A stretch of DNA of 64,000 bases from contig NC_058383.1 in NCBI RefSeq assembly GCF_018350175.1, positions 21,454,001 to 21,518,000 of the forward strand, in the 5' to 3' direction. A program made the translations under genes and the position numbers. The notes beneath the pieces are model-generated. The model was not told the origin of the DNA, ran no database searches, and saw nothing but the letters and a program-made list of their open reading frames with translations. Source of the stretch: Felis catus. Its lineage: Eukaryota. Positions 36,918 through 50,379 of the stretch are shown one piece after another (position 1 is the stretch's first letter; the number at the start of each line of letters is the position of its first letter).

Positions 36918-38837
36918 TGACAATCTTATTCTTAGTAATATTTTCTCATTGGCTTTTATCGTATATTTCAGCTTCACTTTCAGACTTTCAGAAGTGTTGC
37001 TTGGGCTCAATAACCTTTAACTAGACTAGGTTTCACATCAGTGTTCTCTCTCCCACATCCCACGTTAGTAATAAATATGCACAACCTCCTTGAACCCTTG
37101 AAGCCCCAAGCCTTGCAGGCAGTTTGAGGACTGCAGAATTCCCACAGGAGGCAGGTGTCAACTGTCTGCTCCTGTCCCTTTCTTAGAACATCCACGGGGG
37201 CCTCAAGAGTTTGCCAGTTTCAAGGAACGCCTTGTTTCATCATGCAGATGCTTACCCCCCCACCTCACCCCATCCCCACCCCACCCCCATCTGCCATCAT
37301 TGCCACAGGTGTTTCCCCCTTCTTTGACTGTAAAGAAGAGAGTCCTGTTTGAAAGTGTGGAGGCTGGTGCCTGCCTACCCAGGTCTTTCCCTGACTGTCT
37401 CTGTGGCCTCAGGGGATTACTTAACTTCCTGTGCCTCAGTTTCCACTTCTCTAAAATGAGGATAACGGCGGTATCCACTCCATCAGATCATTAGCAGGAA
37501 TTAACAGGTTAAACGGGAGAACACTAGGGATGGATCCCGGGCTATAGAAATTTTATTTTTTGTTTCTGGTGTGAGATTTCCCTTCACTTAGTCTGTGTGC
37601 TCCCTGTTTGATCTGTGAGAGCCGTTCAAATGGCTCTATTTTGCCTCTTATTTTGTGCTCATAAGTTTGTTGTGCTTGTGTGGAGTTTCCCTGGGAGGCT
37701 GTGAATCCCAGGAGGATGAGAACTACAGCTTATTTACTGTTGTTTTTCTGATACCTTGCACAGGGACTTAATACATGTACTTGACCTTTCAGCAAATATT
37801 AAATGAACACCTTGCGTTCGTGTTCCAGACAGTGTTCCGGGTACCTGGGATAAATCCGTGCACAGAACAGACCAAGGTCCCTGTCCCCCGGTGGACTTTA
37901 TAATTTTCTAGTGGAAATTAGAATCAAAGCCAAATGGAGTTTTGTGGGGTTTTGTTTTTGTTTGATTTTGCCTGTTTTTTGTGGTCAGTAAAGAAGTGCA
38001 TATTAGTTTTCCAGTGTGTTACAATGTGGTCATTATAAGATGAGGGGTCAGCGATGTGGCCTCTGCTCCTTACATAAATGTGCCTGCTCGATCAGGGCCC
38101 TGGTAGTCAGGCCTTGGCTCTGAAGAAAAGCTGTGGGGCGGGGGCGGGGGGGTGGGGGGAGCGCGGTGCGGACCTTCAGGAGAGAAGCATAGAACCATGT
38201 CATTGGGTAAAATGTTGTGGGGTAAAAATGCATTCTGCTTTGAATTTGTTGATTTTTCTTTAAAATAGAAAGCATCCCTGAGGGCCTGCACTCATTCTTA
38301 ATGAGTCATCAGAATACACATTTTTGGCATTCCTTCCTGTGAAAAGCAGCTCTCTTTGCCATAAACAGCCATATCCCAGCAATAATATTTTGGGAAACTA
38401 AATCTTGATGCGTGGGTCCCCTAAGTCAGTGTTTCTTGCAGTCCATTGTGCTTTAGGGGTTTAGTTAAAACCAAAGCAAAAACAAAGACAAAAACCCACC
38501 CTAACCCCAATAAAGAATAATTTTGAAAACAACTGACTTTGAATGGAAACTGTGGAGCCTTGATTTGGACTCTTCTGTCTGATGTCCCGTGTGTGGAAGG
38601 CTCTGCCACTATCCACAGGGGATGGCTTCTGACAGTCCCGTGGTTTTTCCACTTGGCTGTGGGTCTGGGCCTGAGGTGTTCATCTGCGGTTCTGCAGGCT
38701 GGCGCCGGGCCTTTGCAGGGAGCGCATAGCCCGACTGCCGCCACCCTTCCTGATAGGAGTTGTGGCCGTGACCGCGCCCCCTCCCTGCACACACACTTAG
38801 CCTTTAGGAGATCTAAACCCCTCGGTGTAGGAGAGGT

Positions 38838-39062
38838 CGGTGGTTCTGAACCAGGGGCCGTTTCGCCCACTGGGAGGTTATTCATCAGTGTGTGGAGACA
38901 CTTCTGGTTGTCACAACTCGGAATGGGGTGCACCTGGCATCTAGTGGGTAGAGGCCAGAGAGATGAGGCTAAACGTACCATATGCACAGAGCAGCCCCCC
39001 TCGCCCCCCGACACACACACCCAGAATTATCTGGCCTCAAATGTCAGTAGAAAGAAACCCTG
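38838..39062 (+). mobile_element. MER20
   Basis: ggttgtcacaact...ctggcatctagtgggtagaggccag...agaattatctggcctcaaatgtca. Confidence 0.88.
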
Positions 39063-39207
39063 CTCCAGGGGAATGGAGACCATGGGCATTTACACCAAGA
39101 GCTAAAAAATTAGACCCCCGCGTGCTGCTTCTACCTACATGCCAATGCCACGTAGGAAGAGATGTGTTCTGAAGCCTTGCTGATGGCTCGTTTGTCTCAT
39201 TTGTCAG

Positions 39208-39309
39208 ATCGAGCGGCGCCTGGACACGGTTCGGTCAATATGCCACCACTCCCACAAGCGCCTGGCAGCATGCTTCCAGGGCCACGGCCCCGACGTGGAG
39301 AAGAGATAC
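39208..39309 (+). CDS. ARHGAP17: ARHGAP17 exon 3 (IERRLDTVRSICHHSHKRLAACFQGHGPDVEKRY), 102 nt
   Basis: ttgtcag| ... TAC|gtgagt; BAR domain sequence. Confidence 0.95.
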
Positions 39310-41283
39310 GTGAGTATCGGATGTGACATGGGGCCACGGCTGTTGGGTCTTTCTTGTGTCTCCGTGAGGCTCTTCACCCTTCGCTCGCTTGGTTTTTCCC
39401 AAGCAGCGTCAGCACATTTGCCTGCAGATTTGTACCTCGTACTGCCGTTTACTCTCCCGACACCTGCCAGACCAGAACATTTTTTTGTGCTTCAGACGTG
39501 GCTGTGCTGAAGGCACTGCTCACACTGCATTTTCCCCAGGTGCTTTTAAAGACTCGATAAGCCATTTGTCATTGATAAGAGAATAGAGATGTCTGTTAGG
39601 AATGCTTTGATGGCAAAAAGCTGAAAGCCTGTCTTAAATGGACTTAGAAAATGACGCAATTTATTGGTCTTCTAACTGAAAAGTCCAGAAGCTGGGATAG
39701 ACTTGAGGAGAGGCCTGGGCTAGCAGGTCAGTGGTGTAAGCAAAATGTCACTCTTTTTCCTTCTGTCCCCTCTGCCTTCCTCAGTGTCTGCTTTGCCCCT
39801 AAATGGGCACCTCCCATGGCTGTGGGTTGGCTACCAGCAGCTTCCACCGGCTACTTGCTTCCTTGTGCATGTCCAGCAGAAGTAGAAAGCACGCTTTCCA
39901 GTGGGTTTCTTTAAGGGAGTGAGAGAACTTCTTTTTCCAAGTCCTTGGCAGGTAGAAATGGCCTTCCATTGCATTGGTCTGTATTGAGTCATATTCCCCA
40001 TTCCTGAACATTCCACCCCATTCCACCCTGGCTACCTTGGGTAGGGGTGAGGTTGGGAGGAGGTGGGATGTGCTGGTTGGCTTAAGCTAGTCAGGGCCTG
40101 CCCTTGGAGCGTGGGCTGTGGAGCTGCCTCTGTAGCTCACAGGCTTTATTTAGACTGGGGTGGACCCGAATGAGAAGTCAGGACACTGGCCTAAGAGGGA
40201 GAGGGATGGCCTCGAGGAGAACCACCGAACATCTGCTCCAGGATACATTTGTCTGCAGCATCCGGGTCCTCTTGTGCCACCAGCAGAGCACAGCCACTTT
40301 CAGTCGCCAGGCAGCTCCATCCTTGGGTTTACAAGTTCCTAGCTTACGAGCACATGCTAGCCTTCGGAAGCCCATACGGCATTACGGTGGTAGCTGCAGT
40401 GGCATACAGGGAAGCTATGATTTGCCGTGGTGTGTTGTGGGACACCCGATGTCGCAAGAGGAAGAACTGGTATGCGGGTGACCTGTGTCACCCTTCTCTC
40501 AGATTTCCTACACACATCTGAGAAGGGCGTCCCAACGCCAGGATATTCCTCTCTCGTGCAATACTTGGTTTGCTGCAGTAACAGGTATCAGAGGGCGGAC
40601 GTTTGCACACACCTACGACTCCAGGAATGCTTGCTGCACGTCCTGTCCGGCAGAACCGGACCCAAGCCACCGGTCCTGTCCCCACGGCTCCTTCTTGTTC
40701 TCTCGCTGTGGCTTCTGTTCTGCCTCCCCTTTCAACATTGTTTCCTAAGGCTCTGTCCTCCTCCTCGTTGCTCCCGTCACATTCCTTGGGCCACCTCTTC
40801 TGTCCTCGTGGCTTCTGACTGGTGTGTTGATGCCAGGGACGTCTCAAGCATTTCAACCAAGCAAAACACTTCCTTCCCTAGATGTCTGTTTTGGCACGCG
40901 TCACCAGTTCTTCATTGTGCGTGGACTCTTGAGTTCCACCCACCCTGTTGTGCAAGCTAGAAACTGTCGGCTTACCTTATGTTCCCTTTTATTGTATCCT
41001 CACCCTTCATGGCTGCTTGATTAGCAAGACCTGTGATTCTCTGTGACTGTCTTTGGAATTCCTCACCCCCGCCTCATCTCTGCCACCTTTGCCTTAAAGC
41101 AAAACCTGATCCCTTTCACAAAGGCGATGATCGCAAAACCTGGATGGTGCAGTCACCTCCTGAGCTTTGTTTCCTGCCTTTGATTTCCTTCTCGTCCAGC
41201 CTGGCTCCAGCCTGATCACCAGAATTGTTTTTCTGAAATACAGATAGATGCTGACATCCTCCTGCCGAAAAAGCATCGTAGCT

Positions 41284-41473
41284 TAGCGGTTCTCAACAGG
41301 GGCCAGGATTACACTCCTGGGGATACTTGGAAATACATAGAGACATTTTGTGTTGCCATAGGGACCGGGGGACACTACTGGCATGTAGAGGGTGGGGACC
41401 GAGATGCTGAACATTCTGCAGTGCCTAGGGGCATAGTTCCACACCGGAAGTGGCCCCTAACACCAGTGGTGCC
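41284..41473 (+). mobile_element. MER20 (diverged)
   Basis: agcggttctcaacagggg...gagacattttg...ctactggcat. Confidence 0.7.
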
Positions 41474-42801
41474 TCTTTTGAGGGGTGCTGGCTGGCTCCC
41501 ATTGCCAGGATTGAAAGTCTGAGCTCTTCATTAGCACGAGGAACCTTTCATAATCCCATCCTGTTTCCTTTCCCCTTATCCAGTCCCATTGTCTCCCACT
41601 TCCGCCTGCTATACGTCTCTGTCCTTCACATTGTTGTGTCCTGTCGTCCATTCCTTTGACTGCCTTTTAAGCAGGTGTTTATCAAACACCTACTGTGTAC
41701 AAGTGCTGGAGATAATAAAATGAACAAGATGTGGCCTCCGCCTTAAAGGTGCTCACGGCCTGGCAGGGGGAGATACACACAGATGCATAATCCTAAAATG
41801 ACATGCCGAACAAAGTGTGCACAGGGTATTACAGGAAGACTGAGAATAGGCATCACAGGAGGAGAGACGTAGTCAGGGGAGGCTTCCCAGAGGAGGTGGT
41901 AGCCCAGCCATAAACGAGGGCAGTGAGTGGCAAGTGACCGGCATATTCTAGGCAGCAGGATGCAAAGGTCATTTCTAAAACCTGATGCCTTGGGCTTCCT
42001 TTTCCAACCTCGAACAAAAAGTGCCAAAGACAGGCCTCTGAGGCTGTCTACACTGTGCATGTGGGAGAGAGTAGACACCATGGAAACGATAGAAGATGGG
42101 TGACCACGGCGGTCAATATTGTGGAAGAAATGACAGCAGTCTCTAGCACTCTAGAATACACAGGAGGAGCCTCCCAAAGGTCCCACGAGAGACCCCCCAC
42201 GCATGTGAGGAGGCAAGAATCGTGTAGGATCTGGAGCGGCTGCCTTTTGGGCAGTGGGCATGCATTTCGTAAATTATGGCTTTAGATCTTTTTAAATGAA
42301 TCCCTGGTGATTAAAAAAAAAAAAAGCTGTTCATGCCTAGGAAGTGCTTAGCCATGTTTGTGGAGGAGTATGTTGTTGGTGGATAGCATCGAAGAGCATG
42401 GGGTTAAATAAGCGGGATGTCCTTATTTATGTACATCAAGATGCAGGACTGTTGTGGCTTGGGGTCAGGGCATGGAAACCACAAGGCTGTTTATAGCCGG
42501 GAACTTGAATGATTTTGTCAAAGTAGACTCTGCCCTTTATGATTTTGGTTCCGAGCTCCAGAGTTGCACAAAGTGTATTTCTCCAGATTATTGCACTTAT
42601 CCTAGATTTAATTTCCCTTATAAAGGCAGCATGACTAACATGTATGAATTATCCTCATTATGACAAGGCACATTGCCCGTTTTCTCCTATCTTCCTGATC
42701 TGCAAGTGCAGAAGCTGGCAATGTCCCCTTGTGGGGCAGGGGATGCCTGATATTTACTTACGTGAAAATAACTTGGGAGGATGAGAGGTGGGTAAATAGA
42801 A

Positions 42802-43271
42802 TTGTTATTTATTTTTATTTTTTATTTTAAAGTTTATTTTTGAGATTGAGAGAGAGAGCGAGAGCATGAGTCGGGGAGGGGCAGAGAGAGAGGGAGACAC
42901 AGAATCTGAAGCAGGCTCCAGGCTCCGAGCTATCAGCACAGAGCCCGACGCGGGGCTCAAACTCATGAACTGTGAGAACATGACCTGAGCTGAAGTCGGA
43001 CACTTAAACGACAGAGCCACCCAGGTGCCCCAGTTGTTGTTTATTTTTATTTTTTTTTAATTTTTTTTAAATGTTTTATTTATTTTTGAGGCAGGGAGAG
43101 ATAGAGCATGAACAGGGGAGGGTCAGAGAGAGGGAGACACAGAATCTGAAACAGGCTCCAGGCTCTGAGCTGTCAGCACAGAGCCCGACGCGGGGCTTGA
43201 ACTCACGGACCGCGAGATCATGACCTGAGCCAAAATCGGCCGCTTAACCGACTGAGCCACCCAGGTGCCCC
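42802..43271 (-). mobile_element. Two tandem Can-SINEs; the second is inserted into the TSD of the first
   Basis: TSD tgttgtttattttta at 43035-43049 and 43272-43286. Confidence 0.9.
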
Positions 43272-43639
43272 TGTTGTTTATTTTTAAATTTCAATATACT
43301 GTTTTAAGTAGGCTGCATATTTACATGATCAAAATCCAGAAGATACAGAAGAACATAAAGTGAGATCTCTCACCACCCTGTCCCCAGGCACCCTGCTGCC
43401 CTCTCCAGAGTGACCAGCATTAGTAGCTTTTTGTATAGCTTTCAAGAGATATTCTCTACAATACAAGCAAATACGGTGTAAGTGTATCACATGGAGCCCT
43501 TTAAAGCAGGAAAGGCAGGTGATGTGCTAGAGGTCAAGGCACAACAATGCCACAGCAAGGTGGACCCTGTGTCTTTGACATAACAGCCCATTCTACTGGG
43601 GAGGCAAAATCATGGGGAGCATTGCCACATTGGATGCAT

Positions 43640-43823
43640 TTTGAAAAAATGTTTATTCATTTTTGAGAAGGGGAAGGGAGGTGCAGAGATGGAGGGGGAA
43701 CAAAGGATCCAAAGCAGGCTCTGTGCGGAGAGCAGAGACCAATACAGGGATCGAACTCATGAACCGTAGGATCGTGACCTGAGCCAAAGTTGGACGCTTA
43801 ACCGACTGAGCCACCAGGCACCC
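43640..43823 (-). mobile_element. Can-SINE
   Basis: Reverse head. Confidence 0.82.
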
Positions 43824-44143
43824 TGAATGCATGTTTTTGTTTGCACGTTATGTGCTATAACCAACCCACTTGTACTTGACAGGCCCTTTCTACCCTTATG
43901 AGATGAGCCATCAAGCAGTGGTGGAAAGAAACTGAACTGGGGCTCAGGCCCGTGGACACAAAGGTCTGGCTCTGCTGCCCCTCACTGGGGTGCCCAGCCA
44001 GCCCACCTGACCACCCTGGGCTTCAGGTCCCTTGACTGTACAATTAGAACATAAATCAGATGATCCTTATGGTCATTTCCAGCTGCAAAACAAATCTCTG
44101 ATAGGAAAATCGCTTTGTGATTAAATACCTTAAAAAATTTTCA

Positions 44144-44348
44144 GGGGTGCCTGGGTTGAGCGTCCGACTTCGGCTCAGGTCATGATCTCACAGCCTGTGA
44201 GTTCGAGCCCCACATCGGGCTCTGTGCTGATGGCTCAGAGCCTGGATCCTGCTTCCGATTCTGTGTCTCCCTCTCTCTCTGCCCCTTCCCTGCTCATGCT
44301 CCATCTCTCTCTGTCTCAAAAATAAAAATAAAAACATTAAGAAAAAAA
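44144..44348 (+). mobile_element. Can-SINE
   Basis: TSD aaaaaattttcag. Confidence 0.9.
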
Positions 44349-44905
44349 TTTTCAGATATTTAGCCAGACGTTTTTAGATATTAACTAGAGCTGGGCCCTT
44401 ATGATTACAGCTAGGTTAAGAGCCTGTTTAAGAATGAGTATTCTAGCAAAAGTTCTTGAAATTGAGCATTTTCTTGCATTTATGTGTTATGATAATCAGA
44501 GAGTAAGATCTGTGTCTTATGTTCCCAGGGCTTCAGACACAGTATGTACTTGATTAGTTAATAAGAACAGTTAACAGCTACCCCAACAATAATACTAGCA
44601 GCCAACACCTACTAAGTACGTAGCACATGCTAGGTACTTGACGTTGAAGATCTCCTTAGATGGGCAGACAGCCCTAGGACACCCTTGCTGTTATCATACC
44701 TCGGTATCATCCAGGTGTGAGGACGTGGACATAGAGGTTAAGTCACACAGCGCACATGTTTGAGACTGGATCCTGAACCCAGACAGTCTACCTCTTACCT
44801 GTGCAGTGTGCCTGGAGGACAAATCACCGAATGATGATCTGTGGCTGGTCATTGAGAACGGGTATCAGTAATAATGAAAACAACACATTGTCTTCTGCCT
44901 TCCAG

Positions 44906-44979
44906 AAAAAACTCCCTCTGACCGCTCTTGCTCAGAACATGCAAGAAGCATCGACTCAGCTGGAAGACTCCCTGCTGGG
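44906..44979 (+). CDS. ARHGAP17: ARHGAP17 exon 4 (KKLPLTALAQNMQEASTQLEDSLLG), 74 nt
   Basis: ccttccag| ... GG|gtaaga. Confidence 0.96.
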
Positions 44980-45634
44980 GTAAGAGTGGGCTGCTTTCAG
45001 AGAGCGAGCCCGCTAGCCTGCGCGTCAGCGGGAGCGGGTGGGCGGGTGCTGTGCGCGGCAGGCATCTGCGTGACAGAGGGGCCGTGAGCGTGACGGTGTG
45101 GCTCATGCTCCAGGAGGAGAATGGCGCAGTCTCCATGGGAAGAAGTGGGGTCTGGGCCCCCGGGATGGCAGGCAGTCTTCCCTTTAGCAGGAGCAACGCT
45201 GGCTTCCGATGATTGAAAGGGCCACTAGCGAAAGTCATTCTCTATTCCCCTGAGCCTTGGTATAAAGAACATGTCCCTTCCCTGAGCAGTCCCGTCCAGT
45301 CCTTAAGAGCCACCTCCTTTGAGGGTGGCCACCGTAATATCAATGGTGGTTGTCTCAAAATCTTGTGTTTTCTGAATTATTTGGATTTTTTTTTTGCAGT
45401 AGGATGTGTTCTATAAATAATTTTTAAAAATCTAATCATAAAGTTGTTTTTACTATAAGAGGGAAGGTTAACCCTTCCTTCCACCTGCTTCTACATGAGG
45501 CTGGGGGCCTTTGAGCCAATCTGCTGTCTCTGCTATACCGCTCACTGTGCTTCCCAGCTGCCCTGGGCTTTGGACTCCACAGCCCCCTTTCCAGGGGCCT
45601 GTTATACTCCATGCCCTACAACGCTACCTGTGTT

Positions 45635-45828
45635 CTTTTTTATTTTGCAGTTTATTTATTTATTTTGATGGGGGGAGGGGCAGAGAGAGAGAGTGAGGAA
45701 ATCCCAAGCGTGTTCCACACTATCAGTGTAGAGCCCGACACAGGGCTCGAACTCAGGAACCGTGCAGTCATGACCTGAGCCAAAACCAAGAGTCAGATGC
45801 TTAACTGATTGAGCCACCCAGGCACCCC
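45635..45828 (-). mobile_element. Can-SINE
   Basis: Reverse head gagccacccaggcacccc. Confidence 0.85.
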
Positions 45829-46828
45829 GTAACTTTGTCCTTTCCAGGATGATAGTTTCCCCCCACTCTTCACCCTTCTTCCATCCTGTCCATGCTCCCA
45901 TATTTGGGAGTGATGGTCCTGGGAAGAGGGTGGCTGGTGTGTGCATGCTGGCACTCCTGGTCCTCCCGGCTGATGGAGGGAGTCCTTGCTCTGCACTAGC
46001 ACTGCTCTACGTGTTTTCCATGTACTCACTCGTTCAGTCCTCAAGACAACCTACATTCTACCTCCCATTGAAGTAATTGACAAACAGAGAGGGTGAGTCA
46101 GTTGCACAAGACCCCACAGCTGGTGAATAGCAAAGCCCGTATTCAAACCCAGGCAGCGTGGTATCGGAGATCGTGTTCTTAATGACAGCACCATGGCCAC
46201 CTCATGCCAGCGCCACACACGTTGGTCATTTTAAAAGGACCCCGTGGGGATCTCGAGGGGCAGGGCGAGAATAGGAGGAGAGAGGGAAGGACAGAGTCAG
46301 AGCAGCCGTTTCATTCGCACGCGTCCTCGGTGTGACGTCAACTGCGTGCTCCCAGGAAAACAAAAGCAGACGTGGTTTTCATGCAACATGTCCCTTGAGC
46401 TTAGCCCACCATCCCCAGTAGAAAACCAGCACTTGCATTAACTCCGGAGCAAACCCTGCGTCGGCTGGCCTCACTGACAGACATAAAACAGCACATAAGG
46501 AACTTTACATAAGGTTCTAAAGAATTCCAGGGTTATTTGGAGAACATTTGGTCTTCCCCTGAAGCTAATCCTAGACTCATCACCTCACTGTTCACACACA
46601 TCCCACACACGTACTCACAAAGTGTATCTGAGAGTGCCTTTTTCATGTTAGAGCACAAACCCGTGGGCTTGCATTTTAGGCGATGCCCCAGACTTACCAC
46701 ATTTTTAAGGTTCTACCGTGTAGCACCCTAAGGTGTCCCCATCGTGTAGAGAGCTGGCCGAGTATGGTAATCGGGCACCTGGTTTAACGAGCGGATGCTT
46801 GTTGTGGGGGTATCTTGTGTTTTTAAAG

Positions 46829-46940
46829 GAAGATTCTGGAGACGTGTGGCAATGCTGAGAACCAGCTGGCTCTAGAACTTTCTCAGCACGAGGTCTTTGT
46901 TGAGGGAGAGATTGTGGATCCTCTCTGCAGCATCGCAGAG
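46829..46940 (+). CDS. ARHGAP17: ARHGAP17 exon 5 (KILETCGNAENQLALELSQHEVFVEGEIVDPLCSIAE), 112 nt
   Basis: tttttaaag| ... GAG|gtgagt. Confidence 0.95.
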
Positions 46941-47198
46941 GTGAGTGCTTCTGCCAGGCCGCATAGAAGAGCCAAGACCGGTGTGGGCTGCGCGGTGAAT
47001 GGTTCTCTTGGCTCTGCAAGTTTCACGACAGTCGGTGACTTTGACATATGCTTCCTTTTGGAAATGAGGGGAATCAGTTGAGGGTACAAAATCCTATGCC
47101 TCAGGGGGAAAAATGTAAATAAATACTGCCTTTTCAGATGTTAAGGTAAAAACCCCAAAGCTTATCGCATTCGGTCTGTGGTATGTTCTTCTTTCTAG

Positions 47199-47275
47199 TT
47201 GGAGATTCCCAACATCCAAAAACAGAGGAAGCAGCTCGCTAAATTGGTGTTAGACTGGGATTCGGTCAGAGCCAG
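47199..47275 (+). CDS. ARHGAP17: ARHGAP17 exon 6 (LEIPNIQKQRKQLAKLVLDWDSVRAR), 77 nt
   Basis: cttctttctag| ... AG|gtaagg. Confidence 0.96.
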
Positions 47276-47771
47276 GTAAGGTACGGACGAGAGGAAGACC
47301 ACTCAGTGGACAGCATGCAGGTTTCCAGATTCACGCACTTGACCCACAGACCAAGTCGCACCCACTTACACCTGCCCCGAGGGCCCATTCTCCCAAGTGT
47401 GGCAGTGGGAATGATGTTAGAACATCCTGTTCTAGGATAGTGGAGTGTAGGAATAAGTAGATCTGTGATCCTAGCAGTTCCTGAGGGTCCTGCCACGTCC
47501 AAACCCTGTGTGGTTATGATACTTTCATGATCGAATGCTGCGCCCAAAGGGAGAAAACTCCCCGTAAAAGTAAGTAACCATCCCAGAGGGCTGCCGACTT
47601 GTGGCCTGCTGCCAGATGACTGTCTGTGGTGCTTCGTGGCAGGACTCCAGCCCGGCTCTGTCCTTGAGGGCATGAGGGGTATCCGTGACTTACGCGGCTT
47701 TCTCCGTGGATGAGAATAGGGAATATCTATGGAGGCAGCTGCCGCCTGCCCCGACCTTTCTCATGCTTTAC

Positions 47772-47978
47772 CACAAGAGTTGGCAAACATTCCATAAAGG
47801 GCCGGATAGTAAATATTTTCAGCTTTGCAACCCAGATGGTCCCTTTTGCAACTTTTCAACTCTGCTATTGTAGTGTAAAAACAACCCTGGACCATAAGTA
47901 AATGAAAGCCTGACCGTGTTCCAATAAAACTTTATTTAAATAAATAAAAAAAAAAGGTGGCTTTGTTGATCGACCCCT
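47772..47978 (-). mobile_element. MER58A-like hAT element
   Basis: gttggcaaac...taaagggccggatagtaaatatttt...gttccaataaaactttattta. Confidence 0.8.
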
Positions 47979-48007
47979 GTTTTGTTAGCTCTCACTTTTT
48001 CTTCTTT

Positions 48008-48213
48008 TAATTTTTTTAAATTACTGCAGTGTAACTGACACATGATGTATTAATTTTAGGTGCACAACTTTGATTCGACAATTCTGTACGTTACTCAGTG
48101 CTCATCACGATAAGTGCGGTCACCATCTGTCACCATGCAGTGTCCTTACAATATTATTGACTATATTCCCTTTGCTGTACTTTTCATCTCTGTGACTTGT
48201 TTATTTGGTAACT
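48008..48213 (-). mobile_element. Carnivore L1 3' end fragment
   Basis: caccatctgtcaccat...tacaatattattgactatattccc. Confidence 0.75.
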
Positions 48214-49299
48214 TAATTCTCACTGCAGTCCTGTGAAGCAGAGATGACCATTTCTCTCTGGCAAATGGATGGAGATATAACTGTCATTTACTAAGCTTCT
48301 ACCTGTCAGATGCTTTTTTTTTAGACAGATTTAGAACATCTGTAGCAATGCAACATGCAGCATTTCCTCGTTCCTGAGATGCCGGTGACTATCCGTGCAG
48401 CACTGACTAGATATCTCCTTGGGGGAGGGGTGAAGAAACACCACTCCATTAAATGTACGGGTCACTCGTTAAGACATGTCGTGATGTAGGACATACTGAG
48501 ATGATAGAGGTTGCGTCTAAGAATTAACACATGGTAAAAATAATTGCCACCACTTACCGGACACTTGCTGCGTGCCAGGTATGGAGCGACAGACATGACA
48601 TACCACCTCCTCTGATTCCTCCACCAGTTCCTGTTCATTCGCTCATTCATGTTTTCGACAGATCTCAATCGGGTGCGTCCTGTGTGACCGACTCCGTGCC
48701 GGGGACTAAATTCAGAGGCCCCCTCAGTGAGGACTGGAGAGGGAACAGGGGTTCTGTTCTCTCGGGAAGAGACTCCTTTTCTAGATTAGAGAGGAACCTG
48801 CACAGATTCTCCACATGGCTTGCTTCACGCTTTGTCATGTGTACATCTGTAAGGAGAATCCCCGAGCCAGGACCAGGAGTGGGGCCACCCTGAGGTAGAC
48901 TTTTGCTCAGGATAAGGAAGAATGTTCCAATGGTTCGTTAAACAAGGCCGTGAATGCTCCCTCCCCGGAGCTGGCTGAGCGACATTACAGGTGCTTGTGC
49001 CCCAGGAATTTTACGTCTACAATACAGGCATCCCGGAGGGGATTTCAACACTGATTCTTGATCTGCGTTCAGGATCTTGTTCACTTTTAACCAATCAAAG
49101 CAGGTATCAGAGAAACACACAGTTGAATATTTCACCTTTACTTCTTCCTGTGGCTTTTCCCTGGGGGAAAATGATAGTACCTAATGACTAATTACTACCT
49201 AATTGCTAAGGAGGAATCCCTAATGGGGCAGATATCATATGCACACACGTGCACATGCATGTCGATTTGTTCTCGATTCCTTATGACGGTTCTGCAAAG

Positions 49300-49445
49300 T
49301 GTTTGTTATCTTAGCTTTACAGATGAGATTACTGAGGCACAGAGAGGTTAAGTCATTGCCCAAGGTCACACAGCTATTGTGGGAGAGCCAGTCTTCAAAC
49401 CTGAGCTTGTCAGCCTCCCAGGTCCGTGCTCTGGCCACTCCATGG
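49300..49445 (-). mobile_element. MIR
   Basis: tttacagatgag...actgaggcacagagaggttaagtcattgcccaaggtcacacagct. Confidence 0.85.
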
Positions 49446-50379
49446 CATCCCCAGTCTTGCTTAGGCAGACTTGCCGAAGGCCGGCTTTGGAGAAGAGCCT
49501 CATCAGGAACTGGGAAGAAGGTAGAGCCTACTGTTTTGGGGGCAGTGCAGCAGCTGGGAAGCTTGAGCAGTTGCTCGCATGGGTTTTCATGCTGCATCTC
49601 TGTAATATCCATGTTTACATTTACATTGCTTCCACAATAGCAGACGTAATTCATATTCGAACAGAAGGTCAAAGCACACCTGAAAACCAAATAGAAATTG
49701 TTTTAGATTATTACCCCTCCCCACCCATGCACTCCCCTACTCTTGCTGTGGTATAATTCTTTCCTTTTTTTTCTCAGTCCTTTTGACTTGATGTAAATTT
49801 TCCACATTATGCTTTAGACTTTCTGTAAACTTCATCTTTAGAATATTAATTCTTAACAGATGTTTTTAGTTCTACATGTGTTTTCCTAGCTATGGATTGT
49901 TAGCTGCATGACCAAAGCTCGGTCTTTACTTGCTGGAGGTAATCACAGAGGAGGATGGCAGCAGGAAGCGTCCCAGGGGTCCAGGAGCAGGACCGACTCC
50001 CAGGGGCACAGGAACATTCCAGATCAAAGCAGGAAGCACAGGAGTGTTTCACGGCAAAGGTGCCATGATCAGACACTACAGGAAAGGGGGTCCATGGCAT
50101 GGTTTCCAGCAGTGGGGCGTGTATGAGACAGGATTATACTCAGAGCAGACAGCTACTCCCAGCACTGCAAGAGTCCCATCACAGTGGGGAAGTAATGTCT
50201 CTTTTTGCTTGCTTCCATTCCTAGAGGATAAACTCAAGAGGAGCTGGCATCCTAGGTACTCATACTGATCCCAGGTAGAATCGGCTTTGGGGAAAGAGTC
50301 TTTCCCTCAGGGCCTTGATTCCGCAAGGTTGAGTATGTGCAGCCAGCTCTCAGATGCTGATCGCCCCCATGTTTTACAG

